A stretch of DNA of 64,000 nucleotides from NCBI GenBank assembly GCA_024679065.1, contig JAGIQG010000043.1:744001-808000 (forward strand), read 5' to 3'. The notes beneath the pieces are model-generated. The model saw nothing but the letters and a program-made list of their open reading frames with translations, was not told the origin of the DNA and made no database searches. Below are positions 39,575 through 51,509 of this stretch, in pieces. Made by a program: the position numbers and the translations under genes. Position 1 is the stretch's first letter; every line of letters begins with the position of its first letter. The stretch is from Sphyrna mokarran (taxonomy: Eukaryota).

Positions 39575-40150
39575 TAAACCAGCCTTCCATCCATTGACTC
39601 CGTCTGCACTTTCATAGAACATTACAGCGCAGAACAGGCCCTCTGGCCTTCGATGTTGCGCAGACCAATTATGAAAAAAAGCAATGACCGTCCAAACTAA
39701 ACCATTCCCTTCTCTTCCATAAACTTATCAACTAACCTCTTAAACGCCGCCAAACTTGACGCATCTACAACTGCCGCAGGCAGGGCATTCCACTCCCTAA
39801 CAACCCTCTGGGTAAAGAAATTTTCCATTGTCTTCGAAAAACAACCAACATAATTAAGGGCCACGCACGCCACTGACATTCTCTTGTTGAACTTTGTCCG
39901 TCGGGATAAAGAAACAACAGTCTGAAGTCACCTGTCAACCAACTCCAGAGCAAGTTCCTTCCTGCTGCTGTTAGATTATTGAATGGATCTACCTCACACT
40001 GACCTTTGTCTACACACTATGATTGTAACGCTACATTCCCCTCTTTCTCCTTTCCTTCTCCATGAACGGTATGACGTTTCGGTAGCGAGTCGAAGCGACA
40101 GTATTTTTTCACTGAATACTGACCCATGTGACAATAATAAGTCAAATATA
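39575..40150 (+). mobile_element. Rex1/Babar-like 3' end split by a short young CR1 3' fragment (39612-39818, minus)
   Basis: IIK..TH...L.PSG..NSL...T....SKFLPAAVR-like coding remnant. The CR1 insert is absent from copy A at about 7218. Confidence 0.7.
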
Positions 40151-40239
40151 TGCAGTCTATGATTGGTATGCTATGGTTGTATACGTACAATAAACAATAA
40201 TTTTCATTGTATCCCATTGTATTCATTGTGACAATATGG

Positions 40240-43200
40240 GATCCTGAGTAGCTCAAATGTACAGGAGAATGGGAATATCGAGGTCATGGATAAGGTTTCT
40301 GGGTCTCAGCAGGGTACTGATACGCAGGAGGGTGGTTTGAAGTGTGTATACTTCAATGCGAGGAGCATACGCAATAAGGTGGATGAACTTCCAGCCTGGA
40401 TAGATACTTTGGACTTCGATGGTGTGTCCATTTCAGAGACATGGATAGAGTAGGGACAAGAATGGATGCTGCAGGTTCGGGGGTTCAGATGTTTCAGGCG
40501 GAGCAGAGTAGGTGGTAGAAGAGGGGGAGGTGTGGCATTGTTAGTCAAAGAATGTATTACGGTGGCAGAGAGGACATTTGATGTGGACCTATCTATTGAG
40601 GTAGTTTGGGCTGAGATTAGAAAGAGAGGAGAGGTCACCCTGTTGGAAATTTACAGAAATGAAAGCAACAGGGTAGTTGTTATAGAGGACTTTGCAAATA
40701 TTGGTTGGAAAAGTTATAGTTCAAGCAGATTAGAGGGGTCACTTTTTGTACAATGTGTACAGGAGGGTTTACTGACTCAGTATGTAGATAGGCCAACAAG
40801 AGGTGAGGCTACGTTGGATTTGGTTCTGGGTAATGAACCAGACCAGGTGTTAGACTTGGAGGTAGGTGAGCACTTTGGTGACAGTAACCACAATTCGGTT
40901 ACGTTTACCTTAGTGATGGAAAGAGATAGACATATACCGAAGGGAAGAAGTTACCGCTGTGCAATTATGAGGCTATTAGGCGAGATTTAGGATACAAAGG
41001 TTGAATTAGGAAACTGAAGGCGCTCGGAACACCTGAAATGTGGAACTTATTCAAGGAACAGCTATTACGAGTCCTTGATAAATTTGTACCTATAGGCAGG
41101 GAGGAAGTGGTAGAGCGAGGGAACCGTGATGTACTAAGGAAGTTGGTTCACGAGTGAAGAAAAAAAAGGAGGCTTATATAATGATGAGATGTGAAGGCTC
41201 AGTTAAGGCATTGGAGAATTATAAATTATCCCCAGCACGGAGCTAAAGAATGAGATAAGAAGAGATAGAAGAGGACATGAGAAGACTTTGGTGCATAGGA
41301 TAATGGAAAACCCTAAAACGTTTTATAGATACTTTAAGAATAAAAGATTGGTTAGGGCAAGATTAGGGCCAGTCAGAGACAGTAGTCGGAAGTTTTGCAT
41401 GGAGCCCGTAGAGATTGGAGAAGCACTGAATGAGTATTTTTCGTCAGTCTTCAAGCGGGAAAATGTCAATGGAGTTGGGGAGAATACTGAGATACAGGGT
41501 TGTAGACTAGATGGGATAGAGGTAAAAGGGTGTTAGCTATCCTTGAGAGTACGAAAATAGATAAGTCCCCCGGGCTGGATGGGATTAATCCCGGGGTACT
41601 CTGGGAGGCTAGAGAGCAGATTACAGAGCCTTTGGCTTTGATTTTCAGGTCGTCGTTGGCTACAGATGAGGTGCCAGAAGACTGGATGATGGCAAATGTT
41701 GTCCCCTTGTTTCAGAAGGGGAGTAGGGACCATCCTGCAAATTATAGACCAGTGAGCCTTACATCTGTTGTGGGTATAGTTTGGGAAATAATTATAAGAA
41801 ATAGGATTTATATTGAGTTAGAAAAAAATGAATTGTTTAGGGATAGTCAACATGGATTTGTGAAGGGTAGGTCGTGCCTCACAAACCTTATTGAGTCTTT
41901 TGAAAAGGTGACCAAAGAGGTGGATAAGGGTAAGGCAGTTGATGTGTGTATATGGGTTTTAGCAAAGCGTTTGATAAGGTTCCCCATGGAAGACTATTGC
42001 AGGAAATGCAGATGCATGGCATTGAGTGTGATTTAGCAACTTGGATTAGGAATTGGCTCGCTGATAGAAAACGGAGGCTGGTGGTTGATGGGACATATTC
42101 AACTTGGAGTTTATTTACTAGTGGTGTACCTCAGGGATCTGTTTTCGGGCCGCTGTTGTTTGTTATTTTTATAAATGACCTGGATGAGGATATAGAGGGA
42201 TTAGTTAATTTCCTGTCGACACCAAAGGCAGAGGAGTTGTACACAGTGAGGATGGATGTTACAGTTTGCAGAGGGACATAGATAAGTTGCAGAGCTGGGC
42301 CGAGAGTTGGCACATGGAGTTTAATGTGGAAAAGTGTGAGGTGATTCACTTAGGTAAGAGTTAGAACATAGAACATAGAACATTACAGCACAGAACAGGC
42401 CCTTCGGCCTTCGATGTTGTGCCGACCAAAATAAAAAAGCAATGCCCCTCCAAACTAAACCATTCCCTTCTCTTCCATATACTTATCAATTAACCTCTTA
42501 AAAGCCACCAAACTTGGCGCATCTACAACAGCTGCAGGCAGGGCATTCCACTCCCTAATCACTCTTTGAGTAAAGAACCGACCTCTGATATCCGTCCTAT
42601 AACTCATACCCCTCAATTTAAAGCTGTGTCCCCTCGTGCTAGCTTTCTCCATCCTAGGAAAAAGGCTATCACTGTCCACCCTATCTAAACCTCTAATCAT
42701 CTTATATGCTTCAAGAAGATCCCCTCTTAGCCGCCTCCTTTCTAACGAAAACAACCTCAAATCCTTCAACCTCTCTTCATAGACCTGCCCTCCATACCAG
42801 GCAACATCCTGGTAAACCTCCTCTGTACCCTCTCCAATGCCTCCACATCTTTCTTATAATGTGGCGACCAGAACTGCCCACAATACTCCAAGTGCGGCCG
42901 CACTAGAGTTTTGTACAGTTGCAACATGATGCTGCGACTCCTAAATTCAATCCCCCTACCAATAAAAGCTAAGACTCCATATGCCTTCTTAACAACTTTA
43001 TCCACTTGACTGCCTACTTTCAGGGATCTATTGACACATACACCAAGATCCTTCTGTTCCTCAACACTATTAAGAGCCCTACCATTAGCCCTATACTCTA
43101 CACAATTATTGTTCCTGCCAAAGTGCATTACCTCACACTTTTCCACATTAAACTCCATTTGCCACCTCTCGGCCCAGCTCTGCAACTTGTCCAAGTCACT

Positions 43201-44817
43201 CTGTAAACTATAACACCCCTCTTCATTATCAACCACTCCACCAACTTTAGTGTCAACTGCAAATTTACTGATCCATCCCTCAATACCCTCATCCAGATCA
43301 TTTATAAAAATTACAAACAGCAGGGGCCCCAAAACAGACCCAGACCCCTGAGGCACACCACTCGTCAACGAACTCCACGATGAATATCTCCCATCAACCA
43401 CCACCCTCTGTCTTCTATCTGCCGGCCAATTCCTAATCCAATTAGCTAAATCACCCTCTATTCCACACATCTGCATTTTCTGTAGAAGTCTTCCATGGGC
43501 CACCTTATCGAACGCCTTACTAAAGTCCATATATACCACACCAACTGCCTTACCCCCCTCCACCTCTTTGGTCACTTTTTCAAAAAACTCAATAAGGTTA
43601 GTAAGGCACGACCTACCCTTCACAAAACCATGCTGACTATCCCCAATTCATTTCTCTCTAAATAACATTAAATCCTATCCCTAATAACTCTCTCTAATAC
43701 TTTGCCCACAACAGATGTAAGACTCACTGGCCCATAAATCCCCGGAAAGTCTCTCTTCCCCTTCTTGAACAATGGGACCACATTCACTATCCTCCAGTCT
43801 TCCGGAACCATACCCGGAACCAACGACGACCTGCAGATCAGAGCCAGAGGCTCTGCAATTGCCTCTCTTGCCTCCCAGAGAATCCTAGGGTAAATCCCGT
43901 CTTGTCCAGGGGACTTATCTAACTTCAACCCTCAACAATACCTAGCACATCCTCCCTATCTACTTCAATACTTTCCAGTTTGCAACCCTGTCCCTCAGTG
44001 TTCTCCACAAGTACATTTACATCTCCCTGCATAAATAGCGAAGAGAAATATTTGTTCAGTGCCTCTCCAATCTCTTCAGGCTCCACGCACAAATTCCCAC
44101 TGCTGTCTATGAGTGGCCCTAATCTTGCCCTAACCAATCTTCTATTCTTAACATATCTGAAGAAAGGTTTAGGATTCTCCTTGATCCTATCAGCCAAAGT
44201 CTTCTCATGTCCCCTCTCAGCTCTCCTCAACTCACTCTTTAGCTCCCTAAAGATGTCATGTTGCAACTGTGCAAAACTCTGTTGCGGCCGCATTTGGAGT
44301 ATTGTGTACAGTTTTGGTCGCCACATTATAAGAAAGATGTGGAAGCATTGGAAAGGGTGCAGAGGAGGTTTACCAGGATGTTGCCTGGTATGATGGGTAT
44401 GTTTTATGAGGAAACACTAACTGATTTGAGTTATTTTCATGAGAAAGAAGGCCGCTAAGAGGTGACTTATTTGAGACATATAAGATGATCAAAGGGTCAG
44501 ATAGGGCAGATAGTGAGAGCCATTTTCCTCGGATGGAGATGGATAACACGAAGGGACATAGCTTGAAATTAAGGGTTCGTAGTTATAAGACGGATATTAG
44601 AGGTGGGTTATTTACTCCGAGGGTAGTAAGGGTGTGGAATGCCCTGCCTGCAGCAGTTGTGGACTCGTCAAGTTTAACGGCATCCAAATGGGCAGTGGGT
44701 AGGAGTATGGATAACATTGGAATAGTTTAGGTTGGAAGGTCATAAAATTGGTTCCATTGGTCGGTGCAACATCAAAGGGCTTGTACTGCACTGTAAAGTT
44801 CTATGTTCTATGTTCTA
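40240..44817 (+). mobile_element. Older CR1 (EN to tail) interrupted by an antisense younger CR1
   Basis: Plus-strand EN/RT at 40240-42358 resumes at about 44250 (DVMLQL) and ends in a (gttctat)n tail. Confidence 0.88.
42362..44250 (-). mobile_element. Young 5'-truncated CR1 (RT region)
   Basis: ORFs 42455-43928; (TAGAACA)n tail at 42362. Confidence 0.92.
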
Positions 44818-44984
44818 ATAATAAATCAAGTCGATGTACTGTATAATTGCTATGCTGTGTCTGTAAAGAGCGCAATTAGCAATATTTTTCATTGTATCCC
44901 AATACATACGACAATAATCAATCAAGTCAAACAAAATGTCCGTCGAATGAATTATTTAACACAAGAGCTAACTTGGATGAAGTG

Positions 44985-45068
44985 TCATTCGCTTTCGAAA
45001 TTTGTCTGTCCGTGGCAGCCACCAGGCTTGTTGAAGTTTTCCAGAATTTTCTGTGTTGGTTATAAATT
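44985..45068 (-). CDS. VJ-C1 gene, putative terminal exon (NL-stop via acceptor 45069, or KILENFNKPGGCHGQTNFESE-stop via acceptor 45051)
   Basis: Two AG acceptors in the same frame, both compatible with phase 0. Which one is used, if either, cannot be read from DNA. Confidence 0.4.
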
Positions 45069-45137
45069 CTAAACCGCGGATTAATAATTAATGAAAAGTA
45101 TCCGCGTGGATTAGCAACAATAATTCCATTCATTCAC

Positions 45138-45196
45138 CTCTTTATTCTGTTTGTGTTCTCTGGATTCTGTCAGTTCCTCATCGCAGGTCGCTGTTC
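45138..45196 (-). CDS. VJ-C1 gene, exon 5: cytoplasmic (GTATCDEELTESREHKQNKE)
   Basis: ctctctttctgacag acceptor after a 138-bp intron; phase 1 to phase 0; GAG|GTGAAT donor; frame stays open. Confidence 0.7.
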
Positions 45197-45334
45197 CTGT
45201 CAGAAAGAGAGATTTAAACCGACACGTTAAATAACTACATTTCACAACGAACCCTCTCAAAAGTGTCAATAACTCAGTGATAAATGAGTAGATTGAGACG
45301 CCATGGATTAACAAGTTTCCTCAACAACAGCTAC

Positions 45335-45454
45335 CTCTCTGCCGGTTCCTGCAGGTCCTTCTTCCGGCCACAAGGACCAATCCCAGACGGAGAAGCGTCG
45401 CGGCCGACAAACACCAGGAAAACAGTACATGACAGCTGGTCGAGAAGGCAAAGT
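45335..45454 (-). CDS. VJ-C1 gene, exon 4: connecting peptide and transmembrane (DFAFSTSCHVLFSWCLSAATLLRLGLVLVAGRRTCRNRQR)
   Basis: ctttttgcag acceptor; 120 nt, phase 1-1; hydrophobic stretch followed by a basic stop-transfer cluster; G|GTAGCT donor. Confidence 0.8.
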
Positions 45455-45709
45455 CTGCAAAAAGATGTAATTTTTCACTCAACGAAAATCAAATGTGGAA
45501 ATAATTAAACAAGCGGAGGATTGTGTCCAATCTAACTGTCAAATTTGACCGGAAAATGACAAAAAGAGTTTCCCATCATGCAATGCAATAGCATATTTAG
45601 AACAGACCACAAGGCAAGGTAGACAGATATAGTGGCAGAGAGACTGGGCACTTTTTGAACAGGAAAGGCATAGAGTTAGAAGGAGAGAGTGAAAGCTTCA
45701 TGGAGAACA

Positions 45710-46668
45710 TAACCATGGAATCCCACGGTGCAAAGAAGACCATTCGGGCCATCGAGTCTAGACTCCTATCAATCCCGCCCTATCCCCGTCACCTCACGTA
45801 TTTACTATGCTAATCCCTGAGGCACTCAGGTTTAGCATGGACAATCAATCTAATTGGATCTTTGGATTGTGTGAGGAAACCGGAACATCCGAGGAAACCC
45901 AGGCAATGACGGAGAGAATGCACAAAGTCCGAACAAACAACGCCCGAGGCCGGACTTGAAGCTCGGGCTCTTGGCGCTGTGAGACATCAGTGCTAACAAT
46001 TGTGTCACCATGCTACTCAATCGAGATTTTTTAAACACTTTTCCGATATGACACAGGGAAAGGCAGAGAGAGAGAGAGAGAGAGAATGAAAGAGGGACTG
46101 AGCACTTTTTGAACAGTGCATACATAAAGAGAGAGAGTGTCAAAGATTCAAGGAGGAGAAAGAACGAAGATGTTACAAAGCCCAGTTTAAACAACGGAGA
46201 AAAAGAGCGCAAAGTGGAATCATAGAATCATACATTCTATGATTGCAGGTCTTATGAAGAGAGGCTGAGGGATTTGAGGTTGTTTTCGTTGGAAAGAAGG
46301 CGGCTAAGTGGAGATCTTATTGAAACATATAAGATGATTAGAGGTTTACATAGGGTGGACAGTGATAGCCTTTTTCCTGGGATGGAGATAGCAAGTACGA
46401 GGGGACATAGCTTTAAATTAAAGGGTGGTGGTTTTAGGACAGATGTCAGATATAGGTTCTTTACCCAGAGGGTGGTAAGGGTATGGAATGCCCTGCCTGC
46501 GTCAGTTGTTGATGCACCAAATTTGGTGGTGTTTAAGAGGTTAGTAGATAAGTTTATGGATGAAAAGAGAATGATTTAGGTTAGAGGGTTACTGCTAGTT
46601 CCTAATTGGTCGGCGCAACATAGAAGGCTGAAGGGCTTGTTCTGCGCTGTAATGTTCTATGTTCTATG
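45710..46668. mobile_element. HE1-like SINE (45710-46015, minus) and CR1 3' fragment (46245-46668, plus) in the C1-TM intron
   Basis: SINE head and V-domain; FSLERRRL.GDLIE motif and tail. Confidence 0.8.
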
Positions 46669-47429
46669 TAGATGCTTACAGCATGAAAACAGTCCCTTCA
46701 GCCCAACTTGTCCATCCCGCCCCCTTTTTTAACCACTAAGATGGCTTCATCTGTCCGTGTTTTGCCATTTTTCGCTCTATACCCATAATACCCATGTAAC
46801 TGTCTAAACGCGTTTTAAAAGACCACATTGTAGCCACCTCTACTATGATCTTTGGCAACTCGTTCCAGATATTCAATACCCAGTGTGTGAAAAAAAATGC
46901 TCTCGATCTGTTGACAGAATGAATGATTCGAAGATAGAGAGCAATCTGAGAGAACACCGTTCAAAGATAGAGAGACAGTCAGAGTAGATAACTTGCACCA
47001 AAATATTTAAATCGGTTTCCAAATGGAATCATAGACATAGATTTTGAGAAAGAGCATAAACGAGAGCGATAGGTAGACACTTAGATGGAACACCATGTGT
47101 CTAGCACAAAAAAGGTAAGCATGGAACACTGGAGAATACCAGATTAATCAAAACATAAAGGGAGAGAGAGAACAGAGAGAGAGAGAGAGAGAGAGGGAGG
47201 ACGATCAATCGCTGAAGGCAGAGCGAGAGGGAAAGAGATGCAAACAGTGTGCTGGGACAGACTGACCGAGAAAGTTACAGCAGGGTAAACCTTGAGCATT
47301 GATAGAGAGAAAGTAGGGGGAAGGGAAGTGGTGAAGATGAGGAGTGTAGGTAGGGGGTGTGGGGTTGGGAGGAGAGAGAGATGGTAAACAGGGAAGATAA
47401 ACAACCGGACAGATCGGAGTATGCCTCCG

Positions 47430-50400
47430 TTACAGAACAAGGCCTATCGACCCATTGAGCCTGCACGGCAACAGTGCCAACCAGGTCCCAACCACTAAAT
47501 CCCAGATATTTACCCTGTCACTAAGGGACAACTTACTATGGCTAACCTTCGCGTCTTTGGGAAAATTTAGCACGGCTAATCCAAATACTCGCACACTTTT
47601 GGACAATAAGTGCCAATTTAGCATGACCAAATACTTAACCAGCATGTCTTTGGGCATTAAAGGACTTTTACCATAGCTAATCTAATTAACCTGCACATGT
47701 TGGACTTTAAGGGGAAATTTAGCATGGCCAATCCACTTAACAAAGAACAAAGAAAATAATTGCATTTCCAGGCCTACTGCCCGACTGAAATAAAATCCCC
47801 TACTGTTCCAGGGATCATATTCCAATCCTATTCACGTACTTGTTAAGAGCCCTTTAAAAATCGTTGTCATATCCACTTCCATTACCTCCCCCGGCAACAA
47901 ATTCCAGCGCTCACTACTCTCTGCGTAAATATCTGTCTCTTAAATCTCCTTTAAATCTTGCTCCTCGCACAATAAACCCATGTCCCCTAATAATTGACAT
48001 AGGGAAAAAAGCTTCTGACTGTCTACACTGCCCATGCCTCTCATAATCTTATAGAGTTCTATCAAGGCTCCCAACAACTCAATTGCTTTAATGAGACTTT
48101 CTGCCGATAGCTAATGCCCTCCAAACCAGGTAACATCGTAATATGTTTTTTTTTCTATAGAACATAGAACATAGAACATAGAACAATACAGCACAGAACA
48201 GGCCCTTCGGCCTTCGATGTTGTGCCGACCAAAATAAAAAGCAATGCCCCTCCTAACTAAACCATTCCCTTCTCTTCCATATACTTATCAAATAACCTCT
48301 TAAACGCCACCAAACTTGGCGCATCTACAACAGCTGCAGGCAGGGCATTCCACTTCCTAATCACTCTTTGAGTAAAGAACCTACCTCTGATATCCGTCCT
48401 ATAACTCATACCCCTTAATTTAAAGTTGTGTCCCCTCGTGCTAGCTTTCTCCATCCTAGGAAAAAGGCTATCACTGTCCACCCTATATATATAGTTATAC
48501 TTCCTCCAATACCTCCATTTCCTTCTGGTGGTGTGATGACCAGAATGGAACACTATATTCCAAGTGCCGCCCGAATAAGGTTCTATGAAACTGCAACGTG
48601 ACTTGCCAATTTTTAAACTCAATGCCCCGGCTGATGAAAGCAAGCATGCCGTATGCCTTCTTGACTACCTTCTCCACCTGCATTGCCACTTTCTGTGATC
48701 TGTGTACCTGTATACCCAGATTCCTTTGCCTGCCAATACTCTTAAGGGTCTTGCCGTTTACTGTATATTTCCTATCTGTATTCGACCTTCCAAAATGTAT
48801 CACCTCATATGTGTCTAGATTAAGCTACATCTGCAATCTGTCCGCCCAAGCCTCCAACTGATCTATATCCTGTTATATCCTCTGATGATCCTCAGCGTTA
48901 TTGGCAAATCCACCAACCTTAGTGCCATCTGCAAACTTATTAACTAATCCAGTAACATTTTCCTTCAACTCATATATATATATATATAACAGCAAAGCTC
49001 TTAGCACTGATCCCTAAGGAACACCACTTGTCACATTCCTCATTCAGAAATGTATCCTTCCACTGCTAGCCTCTGTCTTCTTTGACTGAACCAGTCCTAT
49101 ATCCATCTTGCCAACTCACCTCTGATCCCAGGCGACTTCATCTTCTGCACTAGTCTGCCATGAGGCTCCTTGTCAACGGCCTTACTGAAGTTCATGTACA
49201 CGGCATCCACTGCCTTCCCTTCATCAATCACCTTTATCACTTCCTCGAAAAAAAAACTCGACCAAATTCGTGACACACCATCTCCCCTTCACAATATCTG
49301 CAAATCTTTGGACACTATGGGGCAATTTAGCATGACCAATCCAGCTAACTTTATCTTTAGAATTTCGGAGGAAGCAGGAGCACTCGCGGGAAACATTGTC
49401 TAACAGAGCGGGATTGAAGGAGAAAGAGATGAAGGGATGAATACGTGGTTTAACGCCATGCTGTGATAGAGTGGGGCACTGGGGATATAATCACACATTT
49501 CAATTTTACTCACTGACAAATTCGTCGCTGGTTTTCAGACACATAACGGCGCCTTAGCCAGACGCAAGAAGTGGGAGAAGCCAATCGGCTTATCTCGTTC
49601 TGCTTTGCCATCCAATGACACCATGGCTAAGTGTGTACATAAACCTCACTTTCCCACTCTCTCCCTTACTCTTTAATCCATCCGTTCTCACAAATGTGTT
49701 TCGGTGTTGGAACATTCACGGTTTTCCACAGAAGATGTAAAGTATTAGAACACTTTTGGCAGACCCAACGGGATGAATAAGTACACTATCAAAGGTAGGA
49801 GTCTTAGCTGTGTGGAAGAGCAGAGGGACCTTGGGGTCCGGGTCCATAAGACTCTCAAATCGGCCTCCCAGGTGGAGGATGTGGTTAAGAAAGCTTACGG
49901 TGTACTGGCCTTCATTCATCGAGGGATTGAGTTCAGGAGTCAGGAGGTAATGCTGCAGCTTTATAGGACCCTTGTCAGACCACACTTGGAGTACTGTGCG
50001 CAGTTCTGGTCGCCTCACTATAGGAAGGACGTGGAAGCTATTGAAAGGGTGCAGAGGAGATTTACAAGGATGTTGCCTGGATTGGGAGGCATGCCTTATG
50101 AAGACAGGTTGAGGGAGCTGGGACTGTTCTCCCTGGAGAGACGAAGGTTGAGAGGCGACCTGATAGAGGTTTACAAGATGTTGAGAGGAATAGATAGGGT
50201 GGACTCTCAGAGACTATTTCCCAGGGCTGAAATGGTCGCGACGAGAAGGCACAGATTTAAGGTGCAGGGAAGCAAGTACAGAGGGGATGCTAGGGGAAAG
50301 TTTTTCACTCAGAGGGTGGTGAGTGAATGGAATCGGCTGCCGTCGGTGGTGGTCGAGGCGAACTCGCTGGGGTCTTTTAAAAGACTTCTGGATGAGTATA

Positions 50401-50518
50401 TGGGATCCAATGGGATTGGGGGTTATAGATAGGTCTATGGCTGGGTAGGTTTTGATGTATTCGGCACAACTTGTGGGCCGAAGGGCCTGTTTGTGCTGTA
50501 GTGTTCTATGTTCTATGT
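47430..50518. mobile_element. Nested cluster: SINE-derived ~50-bp tandem array, old CR1 (47741-49290, minus), young CR1 tail (48157-48485, minus), CR1 3' end (49755-50518, plus)
   Basis: ORF 49773..50432 is the CR1 ORF2 C-terminus; tails are visible at each element end. Confidence 0.8.
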
Positions 50519-50674
50519 AACACAAAATTGGGAGGACGATGGTAGGGCAGTGGTGATTTAGATCTCCATGGATATGCCCGCACAGAAATATGTAATTTGC
50601 AGTGCTGGTCTGCTCCTAATAAAGTGACCCATTAAAATTACATGGATAGAGAAATGACCATGGTGAATAGCTAC

Positions 50675-50980
50675 CTCTCTGAGATGAGACACTTTCACTC
50701 AGAATGACTTCACTGGAGTTGACTTGAACGATGCAAGTACAGCGAGCGCCGCTTCTCCAAGTTTCCGAAGAGATGCTGAAGTAACTCCTGACGGTGTAGG
50801 TCCCATCCGTCTCCAGTATCCCCGAATCGGTCTGTCCCTCAGTATCCCGCCCCAAAACATTCCAGCGGACGGGAGTGGAATCGGGAGACACGCCTCTAAC
50901 CAAACACAACAACGGGATTCTTTCCATGGTGGAAGTCTCACTCAGTGGTGGGGTGAGGAGAAATATGGAGGGAGAACCCG
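50675..50980 (-). CDS. VJ-C1 gene, exon 3: C1-set constant Ig domain
   Basis: tttag acceptor after an 88-bp intron; 306 nt, phase 1-1. PSIFLLTP...LLCLVRGVSP...VRW...DGTYTVRSYFSISSETW.SG..CTCIV resembles Ig/TCR C1 domains. Confidence 0.92.
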
Positions 50981-51068
50981 CTAAACCCAATAAATGAAAC
51001 AGAGAACTCATTATCTGGTGGAACTGGACACTTTAATTGCTTTGAGATAGAATATTAATGGAATTTAC

Positions 51069-51407
51069 CTGTAATGACTAACTTGGAGCCATTTCCGAAT
51101 ACTTGGACCATGTTCTGATAGTTGCGGGTTGCACAGTAATACACTCCAGAATCATTTATTCGCGAATTCGCAATGATAAGCTTATAAATACGCCCGTTGT
51201 CAGAAATCTCGCTGGAAAATCTCCCCTCAACTGGGTTGTTCTGGAGCGCTCTGTAAATGAAATCCATGTTGATTCCCTCCCCCTGTCTGTACCAGAAGAC
51301 AGAGCGTGCAACTTGACCCTGGATGCGGCAGTGGATATTAACAGGACTCCCCACAGGGAGTGTCTGAACCGGTGGAGACTGGGACAAAGTGACTTGACAC
51401 AGTGTAA
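51069..51407 (-). CDS. VJ-C1 gene, exon 2: V-set Ig domain with germline-joined J-like G strand
   Basis: Long CT tract plus cccag acceptor; 339 nt, phase 1-1. QVTLSQSP...IHC...WYRQ...GRFS...DSGVYYC-ATRNYQNMVQV-FGNGSKLVIT, then G|GTAAAT donor. Confidence 0.93.
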
Positions 51408-51509
51408 CTGGGAAAGAGAAAGAGAGAGAAAGAGAGAAAACAACAATCACCTCGGGTTTTGGAGCTTTCCCTGAACACTGCGGACTGAAAGCCAAATTGG
51501 ATATGAATC

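Larger units (their letters stand above)
22979..39878. repeat. Segmental (tandem) duplication, copy B, expanded by copy-specific retroelements
   Basis: Same unique blocks as 1-7272, interrupted at about 24080, 25965, 27905, 32722 and 39612. Confidence 0.92.

Noticed and set aside
51398-51436. CACAGTG heptamer at the 5' edge of the V exon as a possible RSS
   Set aside because: It lies within leader-coding sequence at the wrong end of V. Neither the 12-bp nor the 23-bp spacing gives a credible ACAAAAACC nonamer, only the GA-repeat splice tract.
50616-51495. Reading the VJ-C1 gene as a retrocopy of a rearranged Ig/TCR mRNA, or as an Ig light chain
   Set aside because: All introns are retained, and the C exon splices on to a TM exon instead of ending in a light-chain-type terminal Cys and stop.
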